A stretch of 59,219 bases of DNA, filler included, from Jimgerdemannia flammicorona (GCA_003990765.1; 2 parts of 2 records of this genome joined end to end with filler, not necessarily neighbours in it); one strand, 5' to 3'. Shown: positions 35,401 through 49,358, numbered from the whole stretch's first letter. Notes: generated by a model from the letters alone, not told the origin. Translations and numbers: made by a program.

Positions 35401-37683
35401 TCAATAACTCCTCCTTCTATCGATATTTCGCTCTTTGCTAAGCTACTCCTTGTCTTGAGGATTCCAACATGATTTGGCAGAATGATTACTTCAATTCCTG
35501 TTCCTAGAATGGTGGTGGTCTGTGGTTTGAGTATTGTGTATGTTGTGGTAGATAGGTCCATTCCTGCTGCATTCTCTGACTTGTATTGTGGTATGACTGC
35601 ATCAGGGTGAATCCTTCATATCTTGACTGTGATATCTTCATCCTCATCATCACTGTCATCTATTAATTCTGGTGGTCTATCTTCTAGTTCCTCCTGGTTC
35701 TCCTTTGGCTTGTTGGTGATCTTCTTCACCTCAATGATACAAGAGTAGCAGTGATCCAAGTGCTGGGCACAGTACATTCTTTCACCATAGGGGCACCTTC
35801 CTAGTGGGGCATATCTATCTGCGATTCTCATATATCATTCTTCTTCTGTCATTTGCTTGCCTTTTTCTTTCTTTGTAGTAACCATGTAGGCTTCTTCTTC
35901 TTAGTCTTCCTCCATCTCAGGGCAGGCTCCTTTGTGGATATTGATGGGAATTCTGATCTTTTTTCCCCAGTAGATGATCTGTATCTTCTGTGCACTGAGA
36001 TTGATCATGGCCTTGGCTTTGTGAAGCCACTGATTACTGATGAGGATATCATAGTTGGTTGCATTGGTGACAATGACATCCACAGGGATAGTGGCCTCTC
36101 CAAACTTGATTGGTATGTCTTGGATCTTTCCCAAAGGTGTTGCTCATATGTATTCCATCAGCTGTGACAAATACCAGTTTGGTGGCTTCTTCTATTTCCC
36201 AGCCTAGGTAGTCTACTGCTTTCTTAGTGATGAGACATCCTCCTGCTCCCATATCAATAATGGCTTCGAAGACTCGATCCTTGATCTGGCAGGTAGCATA
36301 GGCTGATGTTTTCTGATTATCTTCACTCTCTTTATCTGAATCTTCTTGTGCATTATTGGCTTTGATTATTTTCCAACCTTGGTCTTTGCCGATATCTGAG
36401 ATTCCTGTCCTCATTTGTTGTCTGAAGGTTGGGATTTCTGCTAGTTGGCTGAAGGTTGCATTGACTTTTTGGTCCTTGAGGTCCTTAAAGATATCATACT
36501 TGAAGGTCTTGCTCTTACGCAATCTCTGCTCCTTCTTCCCTTTACTTAATGGGGTGGTGTTTCTGATGATATCTTCTACTACTCATTCAAGTTTAGCATC
36601 TTGTTCCAGCTCCATATCTTGATCAGCTTCGCTCTGCTGGTTCTCTTTTTCGATGACCATTTCTGGTTGTCTTGTTTGTATCTGGGTCTTCTTAAGAGGT
36701 CTGCCTGGAGGTCTTTTGTAGGGACTGGATCAGACATCCTTCTTGCTTGAGGTGGCAGGGTAAGCTTCCCATTCCTCCCTTTCTTTCTCAGATTTTCCAG
36801 TCTCCTCGAAGGTAATAGTGTTTGCTTATTCATGGTTCCTGGTTGCATTGCTTAGATTGGCCTTTTGCTTGATTTCTGTCATGCATTCGGAGGCATAGTG
36901 GTCTTCTTCTCTACAGTTATAGCATGTTACTGATTGTCTTACATTTATAGTGGTAAACTTCTGTACTGGCTTCTTCTTGAACTCTTTGACTACATCACTA
37001 AGGTGTGCAGTCATTTCTGTAAACTGTTTGGCCAGTTCCTCCATTGGGTCGACCCTTCTCTGGTCTTGTGGTTGTGGTTGTGTATTCCAGTTGACTATAG
37101 TAGCCAGAATTGTATTGGTGACCCTTAGTGCTTGTTTGATTTTTACTCCAGTTATCCTTTCCATTGTATGGCCTTGAGGGTGTCTGGCAGTCCAGTATCT
37201 TTGAGCATAGGTAACCTTCTGTCCCAGATCTAGTAGTGTTGGAATAGATCGAATGGCTAAAGCGATTTCTTGGTGAATGCCTTTCATAAAGGTATTCTCA
37301 GCCACTTGGTCTTGAACTGCATCAGGGTAATCAGCAAGAACTATTTGATGTCGGATTCTTGTATAGAATGTGTTTTGGTCTTCAGACATTCCTTGGCAGA
37401 TAGTATTCAGTTGATCTTTGAGTGCCTGTTTGATTTCATCTGTATAGTAGGTTGCTTGGAGCCAGGTCTTAAAAGCTATAATTCTTGCTGGATCATCAGC
37501 TGCTTGTACATTGGCTGCAGTAAATGTGGTTCTTACTGGGCCTCGGAGGTTTACAGAGAGTAGGGCTACTTGTTGTGCTGCACTTAAGGTCCTTATAGTG
37601 GTATACTGCTCAAAATCATCAATGAAGATGATGATTGATTTGTCAGATGTATATCCATGGAATATGGGGAGTCTCATATCCAT
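32461..37683 (-). pseudogene. gag-pol pseudogene of element D (dUTPase ~35215-35630)
   Basis: ORF-track fragments: gag 36826-37683, IIDMGAG protease, TRSSLAKS..GGVIDSDYMG, MPFGMCNA, CDKCQKQK. Confidence 0.92.
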
Positions 37684-38924
37684 TCTATCTAATTGTGTTG
37701 TGTGGGTTCTGGTTGTGGTTGTTTGTTATTCAGCTTAAAAGTGAGGGATTCATCTTGAATCACCAGCCAATAGGCACCAAGTTGTAATATAGTGGATACT
37801 AAGGTAGGTAAGTATATCAGATTTCTTTATCTTGAATTCTTGTCTTCTTGACTCTCAGAGTCAGTAGTTCCTTGAGGTCAAATATGTTTAAAGAGGTAAT
37901 CCCGAAGATCCTTTTATTAGTATACTTGTTCTTTTTCTAACACTTTCGATCTGAGGTTTATTCACTCTAAGATACTGAGTTATTTATACAAGTTTGCTAG
38001 CTATGCGAAGGTGGCTAAGTAATAAATGAGTCATTTAGACTTTGTCAAAATATTTGGACAATGTCTAAATACTATACTAAATTGGGATGTTTGATTTGGA
38101 TGATGTCTAAGAATTTAGACAATATCTAAGAATTTAGACAATATTGAAATTGAGGACTGCTAACTATAAGGCTATACTACTTTGGGACTGGGTGTGATCA
38201 AGTGTCTATTCCCTATTTCCTTCTTCCAAATTTGGCTGTACCATTACAGTAGCTAGAAGAGTTATAAACTAAGAATTCAAAGGTAAAATCAAGGTCTTGC
38301 TATATAATACTAGATAGAAAGTAGTTGAAATTATATGTAGAAAATGAATCATCTAAGCCATTATCAAGATAATATATAATAATCTTAAAGTTGAAGAAAC
38401 AAATGAACTGTCATCTCTTAATAGAGGAGAAAAAGCTTTTAGATCAATAAAAAAACATCCTGACAAGACTAAGAAGAAGACTAAGATATAGAAAATTATT
38501 CAAATATTTGAAGAATCTCCAAAAATGATATTAGCACATTACTGATAGATATATTTCAACAGAATGATATTATTATAGAATCAAGATATACTATTTTAAA
38601 TATATAAAAGAATATATTATATATATCTTTGATTTTAATCCAAGAAGTATAAGCTAATTATTTCAGAATAATAAGACAAAGAAATTAAGAATATCAATAA
38701 TAAAGATAGAGATATATAAGATTGAAAATAAGAAGTTTCTTCTTCAGAAATAATTACTATCTAGTAAGATACTAACTCTGAATATATCTATCTATAAGGA
38801 AAAATTAAAGAAACTCTGTTGAAGTTCTAATCAATAGTAGAGTATATATGTGCTACCTTAACAAAAAGACTACTGACAAGTTCAGACTTAAGATATAAAG
38901 AAACCCAGAAGGAAATATTACTAT

Positions 38925-41900
38925 TGTGATAGTTGATCTAAATTAGTAATATAAATTAAGAGAATAGACATTTGATTGCAGTATTTGAATCTAATTTCCA
39001 AATATAGTATAGTCTTACAAATAGCAGTCATATTTCACAAATGTAGAAATATTTAACAAATGTTAAAGTATTCACAAATATTGAGATTTTACAGATATTA
39101 AAGTTTTGATAATTATTAAAGATTTAATAGATATTAAGGATTAACATCTGTAAAAAATAACTTATAGAAAGCATAGTCATAACTTAGTCTCATATTTAAT
39201 AGTAGAATTAATATACAAATCTATATAAATATCTCTAGTATCTAGAGTGAATAAACCTTAGATCAAAATAGTTCAAAGCAAAGAGAAAGTAAGAGAACTA
39301 GTAAGTCTACAGACAGATATACTTCAAACTCACCCACTCCTATCACTGCAGAGTCAAAGAAGATCAAGTTTTTAAGATACAAAAATCTAGCATACTTATA
39401 CAGTTATGTATCTGCTATATTATAACTTAGTACCTATTAGCTGGTAATTTAAGATAAATATCTCACTTTTAAGCTAAATACTAAACAATAATTGCTACCA
39501 TCTGAACAACTATACAAATTGAATCAAGATATTCAGATAAGATAAATATAAGACCACTAGTATTCTACAGATATATTTCAGATGAATTGATCATCACATT
39601 TATTGATAACTTTGAGTAGTATGCTGCTCTAAGGATCTTGACAGTAAGACAGTAAGTAGCCCTTATGCTCTTCAGTCTCTGAGGACCAGCAAGAGTAGTA
39701 TTTATAGCTATAACCTATGTAGAAAATAATTATAATACTATACTAGCAGTACAGAAGGCCTGGCTCTGAACCACCTACTATATAGATAAGATCAAACAAG
39801 CTCTGAAAGATTAGCTCAATATAATATATCAAGGAATGAGCAAGGATCTAAACACATTTTACACTAGAATCAGATATCAGATAATTCTTACAGATTATGC
39901 TATTGCTATCTGAAATCAAGTAGCAGAAGTAACCTTTATAAAAAAGGTTTACTTAGAGATATATAGCCCTGACCATCTGCTCATTACTAGTGGTTCTAGA
40001 TCTAGTACAAAAGGTTACCTATGCTTAGTGATACCAGATAGCTAGACATTCATAAGACTATATAATAGAAAGAGTTACTAGAGTTAGAATCAAAGCACTC
40101 AAGACAACTAGCATAATCTCTACTATAGTAATTAATTAAAATATATCTTAGCAAAGCTACAGAATAATAGAGAAATAGTGACACTATAGAGGAACCTATT
40201 AAGAAGTTTGCTAAAATAACTACCCATCTAGGAGACGTGGTAAAGAAAATTAGAGAAAGAGACTGCTGCCTAGTTCAGAAGTTTGCTACCATCTCAGACA
40301 AGAAGAGAGATACCTGCTACATCTGTGGAGAAGAAGGCCACTACTCATATGAATGTATAAGTGAAACCAAGTGCAAGGTTCAGCCAAGCAATGCTACTTG
40401 AAATAAGAAACAGACCAACACTATTACCTTCAAGGAGATTGGAGAATTGGATGAAAAAAAATGAGAAGTCTATCTTACTGAGACTATTAAGAAGGATGTC
40501 TGCAAGAACTCTACAAGAGACCACTAGAGAGACCCAAGAAGAACCTTGTGGAAAAACAGATAAAGACTACTATAGAAGGCCAAGCTGAAGAAATAGATCA
40601 AAATATAGAACTAGAACAGGCTGTTTAAGATATCATTCAAAGGAACTACCCTAGCCAGTGAAGGAGAAAAGAAGAAAAAGTTTCACAAAACTAAGACCTT
40701 TAAGTATGATATCTTCAAGAATCTCAACCAATAAAAGGTCAATATAATTTTTGACTAGCTGGTAGAAATACCCATATTCAGATAGCAAATGAGATATAAA
40801 CTTACTGAGATAATCAAGGAGTAAGATTGGAAGATAACTAAGGCCAATAATATTCAAAAAGACTCTGGAGAAGAAAGTGAAGAAATTATAAGATCTTTGT
40901 TTATGCAATCTATCAGATTGAAGATAGAATCTTTAAAGTCATCATTGATAAAAGTAAGAGGATGTTTTCTCAGCAAGAAAGCAGTAGACCACCTAGGTTG
41001 AGAGGTTAAAGAAATAATCAAATTAGTATTTGTTACAGCAGATAGTACAAGAGCCACATCTTTAAAAAAGATCTGAGATATTTCCATTAAGTTTGAAAGA
41101 GCAATAATCTCAGTAGATATGATTGTAACCAATGCAACTAACTATGATATCCTTATTGATAACTAGTGACTTTATAAAGCTAAGACAATAATCAACCTGA
41201 ATGTCCAGAAGATGCATATTATCTACTAAGATCAGAAGATATGAATTTCCATCAATATCAACAAAAGGGTGCTGTCTGAGATAAAGAAATAAGAAAGTGA
41301 GCAAAAAGAAGCCTATATGATAACTACTTAGAAAAAGAAAAAGAAGATTGAATTGATTAGTAAAGAGAACTGGTGCAAGAGGATTATAGAAGGATATACA
41401 CTATAAGAAGTTTATCTCCATAGAATTAAGATATACTGTATGGAGTATATCAATGATTACTACTAGTGTACCAGTAGTATCAAGAATATCTACTATAAAA
41501 AAAGACAAAAGGCTCTCAAAAAGTAGACAAGAGAAAAGAAGAAAAAGGAAGAGAATGATAAATCACCAATCCTTCTGGAAGACAGTGATGATGAAGAAGA
41601 AATCAAGGTCAAGATTCACAGGATCTACTCTGATGTAGTTTTATTAGAATACAAGTCAGAAAATGCAACTAAAATGGATATTACTACAGTAGAAAAAACT
41701 ATACTCAAGCCCCAGATAACTACCCTACTAGTAACTAGTCTGGAGATAACTATTTCAAAAGACTATATTGAGATTCTCAAGATAAGAAGCAGCCTGGCTA
41801 AGAGTGAGATTATGATTGAAAGAGAAGTTATTGATTCAGATTATATTAGAGAGTTACTATTTATTGCCAGGAATCACAACTTTATAATTCCATTTCTAAT

Positions 41901-44900
41901 CAAGAAGAAGGACTGATTGGTATAGATGTTGATCTTCTCAGTTCTTCAGTCAAAAATCATGAAAGTCAAAAAAGTTAGAGAAAACAGAAAGAGAAAAGAA
42001 AGAATTTGGATCTATAGAAAGAGGAGTATTCATTAGCACTAAGACCACCAAACTAGATTACAGAAAGAAGAAAACCACAAATAAGTATAGCTATAATATT
42101 AGAGATGAATTCCTGCTTAAGAAAGAACTTAAGAAGATACTTTATAAATTCAAGAATATCCTAACCACAGACTTTAAGGATATCAAGAGAAAGACTCCAC
42201 ACTACTATCATGATGTAGATATAGAGGACACCAAACCAATCTATCAAAAAGCAAGACCAATACTGCCAGCCTACCATGAATGGCTCAGAGAAAAAATCAA
42301 GCAGATGGAAGAAGCTGATATCATCAAAGAAGTCAGTAGCCCTTGGGCTTCACCAGTTGTACTAGTCCTAAAAAAAGGAAGCAAGTCAGGAGAATTCACC
42401 CCAAGACTCTGCACTGATCACAGAAAGCTTAATCTGATTACCAAGAAGAATTGTCAGCCATTGCCTCTCATCAGTGACATTCTTGTAACCTTAGGAGATA
42501 AAATACAGTATTATAGTATCTTGGACTTATATTCAGGATTCTATCAAATTAACCTCATAGAAGTAGTAAGTGAGAAGTCAGCCTTCATCACTCTAGACTA
42601 AACCTATATCTATCTATAAATATTATTTAGAATATATAATACACCAGCAAGCTTCTAGTAAATGATGAATAAAATATTCTGCTATAACATAAAAGGATAG
42701 ATAATGGTCTATATAGATGATATTATTATTTACAGTAAGACAGCTGAAGAATATCTACAGCACATCCAGTAGATAATGGAGAAGTTAAGACAGTATGACT
42801 TATACATCAAGCTGAAGAAGTATAAATTTGGAGAAATTGAAATCTCCTATCTTAGCTATATCATTAACTGAAATAGAATATATACAGACTCTCTTAAGAT
42901 TCAAGCAGTAATAGCATATCCAAGGCCCACCACAGTTACTGAAGCCCAAGCCTTTATGGAACTTATCTCTTACTACTGTAGATTTATCAAAGAATTCTCC
43001 AATATTGCAGACCCAATCTACAAACTCAACAAGAAGGATGTCAAGTTTCAATAGATCAGTAGATAACAGAAAGTATTTGATAAGCTCAAGATCAGGCTGA
43101 CCAAAGCACCCATCCTCAGAAGACCAGATTGGACTCAGAAATTTATCTTACAGACAGATGTATATACACAAGAACTAAGAGCAGTCCTGGCTCAGAAGAA
43201 AGATAAAATAGAATATATAATTACATATCTCAGCTAAGAAACCCAAGGAGCTGAAAAAGAGTATGAATCTTATAAGTTAGAATATCTTACAGTTATCTGG
43301 GCTATAGAGAAGTTCAACAACTATCTCACAAAAAGACACTTCACTATTCAGATAGACCACTCAGCCCTTACTTAGCTACTGATCATCAGACAATCCAAAG
43401 GAATCTATGTCAGATGGATTATGAGGTTATAAGCTTATAATGTAACCATTATGTACTGCTCTGAAAGAACTAATATCAATGTAGATACCCTCTTATAGAT
43501 ACTTTAAAGAACTCTCAATCAACAAATCAACTATAAATAAAAAACTCTACTATAGAATTATCACCTATTTGGAATAGTAAAAGATGCTCTGATATCTAGA
43601 AGAATGGACATAAATGGTTATTAACAGAATATAGAAGCAATTTGAGACTAATAGAGAAATACTAAAAAAGAAAAAGCTACTAGTCATACCCAAATACAAG
43701 AAGGATTAAGCAATAAAATTAGTATATGAACTAGCTATTTAGGAGGAACAAATATATATAATAAAGCAAGAAGGATAATATGGTAGCCAGGAATAGAGAA
43801 AGATATCAGATGATTTGTCAAATATCAGAAATAAAAACAAGATCAACAAAATCAAACTCCTGGATCAGCATATATAGAACTAGTACTCTTTATATATAAT
43901 GTAATAGATATAATTGGTTTTCTATCCTTAACTTTGACTAGTAACTGATATATTATTATTATCATAGACCTTTTTACAAAACATATAAAGGCAGGATCTC
44001 TTAAAGAAGCTAATGTATAGTCAATTGCTGATTTCTTTTATAAAGAAATTATCTGCTTATTTAAGACCCCATTGCAAGTAACCACAGATAGAGGAACAGA
44101 ATTTGGGAACTAGTTCTTTGAGGTTCTCTACTAAAAGTATAAGATCTAGCACATTCAGACTACAGCCTATCACCTTTAGAGAAATGGACAAATAGAAAGA
44201 ACCAACAAGACTCTCAAGAATATCATCACCAAGATCTATAATAACTATGAAAACTAGGATCACTATCTGCCAATAGCATTATCTACTCTTTGGGATATCT
44301 GATCATAAAGTACCTATTTCACCCCCTGAGAGATACTGTTCAGAGAAGAAAGTTCTCAAGGAATCTTATTATTCAATAGAGATACTATATGTAAATATAT
44401 AGATACAGAAATATGAAGACTATACCAAATCAGAAAGATGGTCCAGGATTACATAACCAAGATACAAGCACTATAATGGAATAATGCAGAAAAGATTCAC
44501 AAGCCTCTGGAGATTATTAAGATAGGAGACAAAGTTCTAGTATATTGAAATATAGTAGAAGCTTCATAGTTGCAAAAGCTGGAGCCTAAGTGAGAAGGAT
44601 CTTACTTGGTGTAAGATATAAAAGGAACCACCTTTTGACTATAAAAACTCTCAGACACAATCATCTCTACTACTATTTACTAAAACTAACTTAAGAAGTA
44701 TTATGACTAATTAATAAAGTACTACTATAGTCCTCAAGATCACTAGTGCTATACAATAAGCCATGGAAAGACAATAGTATACTACTGAACCACTAATTAT
44801 GGAAGAATCCTTTGACAGTATCCAGAGTATAATTCATATACACTTGTCACAAATCTCACATTTCAAGGTCTACTAGAACTAGACTAAGTTTTAAGAATAC

Positions 44901-45712
44901 TTCAAGTTGGGACAGCTCTAAACTTATAGCCAGAGTTAGAAAAAGAAGACTAAATCAGAGAATATCAGCTCTCTCATATTCAGATCACAATTACTAAATG
45001 AGTTAATAAGCTATTTAAAGATGATGAGCCAGCTCTAGCTTATTTCTAAGGAGTAGTTCCAGAATACTTTAAATATATTAAGAGATAGTATTGGGAGAAT
45101 GTAATAATACAAATTATATAGTATAATGAGATACAAATTATAGAAGCTTGGGAGTTCAAGTGAATGAAATATTTTAGAGATAAATCACCTATTCAGAAGA
45201 AAGTTGTGATGGTTGATCTAAATTAGTAATATTAATCAGAAGAATAGATATTTAATTATAGTATCTGAATCTAATTCTCAAATATAATATAATCTTACAA
45301 ATAGTAATCATATTTCATAAACATAGAACTTTAACAAATGTTAAATTATTCACAAATATTGAGATTTTACAGATATTAAAGTTTTGATGATCATCAAAGA
45401 TTTAACAAATATCAAGAATTAATACTTATAAAAAGTGACTTATAGAAAATATAGTCATAACTTAGCCTTATATTTAGTAGTAGAATTAGCATACAAATCT
45501 GTATAAATATCCTCAGTATCTAGAGTGAATAAACCTCAAATTGAAATAGTTTAAAGCAAAGAGAAAGTAAGAGAACTAGTAAGTCTGTGGGCAGATATAC
45601 TTCAAACTCACTTACTCCTACATCTCAAAGACTCTGCAGAGTTAAAGAAGATCAAGTTTTCAAGATATAGAAATTTAATATACTTATATAGTTATGCATT
45701 CACTACATTATA
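38925..45712 (+). mobile_element. Full-length Ty3/Gypsy element E (relative of D, more decayed)
   Basis: LTRs 38925-39424 and 45205-45712, 4-bp TSD CTAT, same PBS/leader and domain order as D, dUTPase ~41600-42020. Confidence 0.93.
44703..45163 (+). pseudogene. ORF3 (family X) of element E
   Basis: LKITSA..EYFKLGQL..QITITK*VNKLFKDDEPAL..EAWEFK*, orthologous to ORF3 of D. Confidence 0.7.
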
Positions 45713-46577
45713 CTATATTTAGAAATAAAAACAACTTAGAAACTCTTTAAAATCTGCAAGAATGTACTTCTAGATATATATCATCAGACAATAGTCTCTA
45801 TATATCTCAGCAGAATGATATAGCTGAGTAATTTAACTATATAGCTATAGAAATATATATATAATATTTAATATAGCTATATTGAGTATTTTTATTAGAC
45901 TAAAGTTATAAATATAATAATTTACATCTATAATCATTATATATTTTAAGTATTGAGTAAAGATTTCAGTAATAATAAATACTTCAGAGATACTGGTCAT
46001 ATATCTGAGAAATTATAGAGTAGAACTAAGTCAGATATATCTTATTTGTATATCTTTAATTGCAAGATCTATATATACATATACTTAATAAAAGTAATAC
46101 TAATTAATATAAATTTGAGTCAAAAGTTGATAAGTAAATATTTTTAGAATATAGTGACAAATCTTATTAGATCTGGAATATTAAGAAATAATATATAGTT
46201 TTAAGAAAAAAAAGAAGATTAAAAATCTTATATATATATATACACTCATCAGAACCTCTACATCTTAGCTAGTATAAATGTAACAGTTAGCATAACTATC
46301 ATCCTCATCTTCAACTACTCTAGTAGTAAAGAAAATATTTTTTTCAAATATAGCTAATTAAAAATTATTCATAGCTACAGCCAGAGATATCTGAGTTAAG
46401 AATAATAATAAAAATGACAAAGCCTCTAGTGATGAGGAATTCTCTATAAAAATCAAATAAAAGTGATCTAATATTTGCTAAAAACTTATTCTGAATTAGA
46501 AAATTATTAGAATACATTAATAAGCTCAGATGGTAATATAATAAGAACCATATGAGTTATGCTGATATATCTATACC

Positions 46578-46802
46578 TAGTACTCTCAATAAATTGAATT
46601 GAATCAAATTTGACCCAAATTTAATTTAATTTAATCAAATCAAAGATCTAATTCAATTTGAGATTTAATTCAAACACTTAATTTAATTTGAATTTGATTT
46701 GATTTAAACATGATTTAAATTGAAAAAATCCCAATTCAATTCAATTTGAATGACTCTCAATTTGATTTGATTTGAATTGATTTGATTCATTTTGGAGTAC
46801 TA
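46578..46802. mobile_element. hAT-like MITE (225 bp)
   Basis: TIR TAGTACTC..GAGTACTA, 8-bp flanks TCTATACC/TCTATATC, internal TTCAA/TTGAT microrepeats in inverted arrangement. Confidence 0.65.
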
Positions 46803-47962
46803 TCTATATCTCTTTCTACTATACTGGTTATAAAGTTTTAATAGATAATCTTCTAAGTCTCTTTTCTATAACTTTTACTCCCTCTATCTCAGATTAGTTT
46901 GTTATACCTATTGCAGAATAGTGAGAGAGAGGTAATTATGATGAGTTGCTCCTTTATTAATATCAGATTAGTACTTTTCTCACTTTTTTATAATTTCTGA
47001 ATCTCTGGCTATATCTGAGATATATCTGTTTTAGTATATGTAGCATCTTCTTTCTTTTGTTGTCATCAATAAGATATTGTTATAGTATATTATGGACTAT
47101 ATAGAGAGTCAGCTAATCTTAGACATCAAGTACCAGTATAGGTTACCTATAGATTATCAGTATCTATAGTAAAGTTCTCTGAGTTTTGACAAGCTTTCTG
47201 ATAAGTATAGTTCTGATATAGGTAACTACTTTTTAAATAGTATCAGGATGAGAGAGGAGATAGCTATTATAGATAAGTAAAAGGATAATTATAGTACATT
47301 AGTTGAGTATTAGGCTAATAATAGTTATTGGGATTATTATAGATACTACATCAGTAAGATCTTCTAATTTGTACAGAGTAGTTAGATATATAGTAGATAT
47401 TACTCATAGTAGCTCTTAGTAATATGTGAGATTAGACTTCAGTTGTTTGAAGGCCTAAGATATCTGGTTAGCTATACTTAACTAGAACTAGGAGCTGATA
47501 TAGTAATATAATTGAGACTTATAGACTTAAGTAGTAGAGTATTGAGAGTCTTCTCTCACTTTATATATAAGTTCTTTACTTACTCTATCAGAGAGAACTA
47601 GATCCTATTCACTGTTTTGTATCTTTTGGAGAATTTTTTCTTTATCTGTTGCTCTATTTGGGGTGATAGAAGTTTTGCTATATATATATATATCTAACTC
47701 TGATATGGTCTTATATATATTGTAATAGTGACCCCAGAATGATGACATCAGCACTAGAGATAGCCTTTTCTTGCAAGCCACCAGATCAGAGTACAAGAAG
47801 ATCATACAGCATATGAGATGAGCAATGATGATCAACTGTGAGTCATTGTGACCACAGCACAAGCATCCTGAAGAATATAAAAGAAGGATCAAGGAACCAC
47901 AGTAGCAGCAACCAACAAGAACCACCAATCCCAAAATAGCTCAAAGATTTACCATAAATGAA

Positions 47963-48781
47963 ATGCCTACTGCCTGCCAAACCTCAAGGTCAAGGAATCA
48001 CCAAGGTATCTTGGTCAAGGAAAGGATGTTCCAAGACATCAGAAGAGCCATGAGGACCTGCTCAAGAAGGACTCCTAGTGTCAACCTGAGTACTGCAGAC
48101 CCTTATCACTTCATTCCCTACTGCCATGAAATGGAAACAAGGATTACTATTGCTACTGAATGCCTCCAAATATAGCAGGAGTATGAAATAGGAAACCTCC
48201 TCTGCTGGGAGTTCCCACAAGCCAGTACCCAAGAGCTACAAGATGCCACTCCCATGGATATATATGAAACAAGGACAGCTAAGAAGATTCATCAGATCTT
48301 CAGGCATGCACTATGGTCGATCCCCAACTTAGAGTATATTAGAGTCTCAGACTTCAGAGACCTATCATCCCGCCATATCAATGCACTAGAAGCCAGGGTG
48401 GCTACAGAAGCCCAGTCCACTATCACTCTCAATAGTGAAGAAGTAGAAGACTTCTGGCACCCTATCCTTCAGGACAACCCAGACCAATTCCTGCAAGGAT
48501 TGATCTCAGTATTCTAAGGCCCAAGTATCCAGGTTAGATCTCTCCAAGACCCCACATTTGTTCCCTATTTTGTGGAAGAGAACCTCATAGACTGGAGAGC
48601 TCCAGATCTTGTTCCTGATTTTCCCACCACAGCTGAATGTGATGACATCATTGGCGATGACGTCATCCCATGTGACATTGACATATGTGAGACACATAAC
48701 AAAGCATGTAAAAATGACGAATTCACAGATCTCATCTCCTTCAGTGATGATGATGACAAGGATGAAGCTCTCAGGTCCTGA
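47963..48781 (+). pseudogene. Family X accessory ORF inside the LTR of element F
   Basis: ORF-track pieces 47963, 48254 and 48572 share one frame, broken by TAG/TAA: DPYHFIPY..QEYEIGNLL..TAKKIHQIFRH..IPNLEYI, plus an acidic tail. Confidence 0.75.
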
Positions 48782-49358
48782 ACTTTCTGTTCTAAGTTCT
48801 GTGTTATACTGGATAATGCCAGCACTGGTATTCTGAGGTAATGCAAAATTGTTCCAGTACCTGTATTTTGATGTGACACTAAATAATGCCAGCATCCTGA
48901 ATCTGTACAACTATTAGTACCAACTTTGGAACTTAGTAGTTTTAGTTATTGGAATTTATATTTAGCTTTATATCTTAGCAACCATTAAATTGTATTTTGT
49001 ATAAATACCCTTCTTATTTCCTCTGAAATAAAGTCAGTTCCTCTCAGTGCAATATACATACTTCCTTGCAAGCAATCTAAGAGATAACAAGACAGTTAAA
49101 GATAAGAAGTTTGAGGACTATAAGACCTTGGGAAGGCACTCCAATAAGAACTTGCTTATAATAACTTGAGTTAGTCCAAGAGATATACCTTGAAAAGAAT
49201 CTGGCATATTTGAAGGACTCAGCGACCACTACGTGATAACTTGGTGCCCATTGGCTGGTGATTCAAGATGAATCCCTCACTTTCAAGCTGAAAAATGAAC
49301 AACCCCAACAATAACTACCCTGACTACAAGAGTCACCCCTGCAAGAATTCAAAATAAG

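Larger units (their letters stand above)
31507..38248 (-). mobile_element. Full-length Ty3/Gypsy element D (non-chromo, with ORF3)
   Basis: 466-bp LTRs 31507-31972 and 37783-38248, 4-bp TSD GTAG, PBS TGGTGCCTATTGG, PPT beside 31973. Order gag(CYNC knuckle)-PR-CysHis-dUTPase-RT(YVDN)-RH-IN-ORF3. Confidence 0.95.
31288..38450 (+). pseudogene. dUTPase of the Copia relic, split by element D (31288-31506 + 38253-38450)
   Basis: VKVRRFH..DTGYDLYS..IEIKVP..SSLAK, then RVIN*EFKGKIKVLLYN..NRGEKAFRS. Confidence 0.7.
30950..46560 (+). mobile_element. Highly degenerate Ty1/Copia relic interrupted by elements D and E
   Basis: ~45780-46190 reads as decayed HQTTVPYTPQQNGVAERFNRT..WAEAVNT and FGCK.Y..KFESK..IFLGY (copia integrase and SH3). 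dUTPase upstream. Ends not identified. Confidence 0.6.

Noticed and set aside
46810..47720. Possible decayed LINE or Copia RT
   Set aside because: No motif could be recognised, so it is left unannotated.
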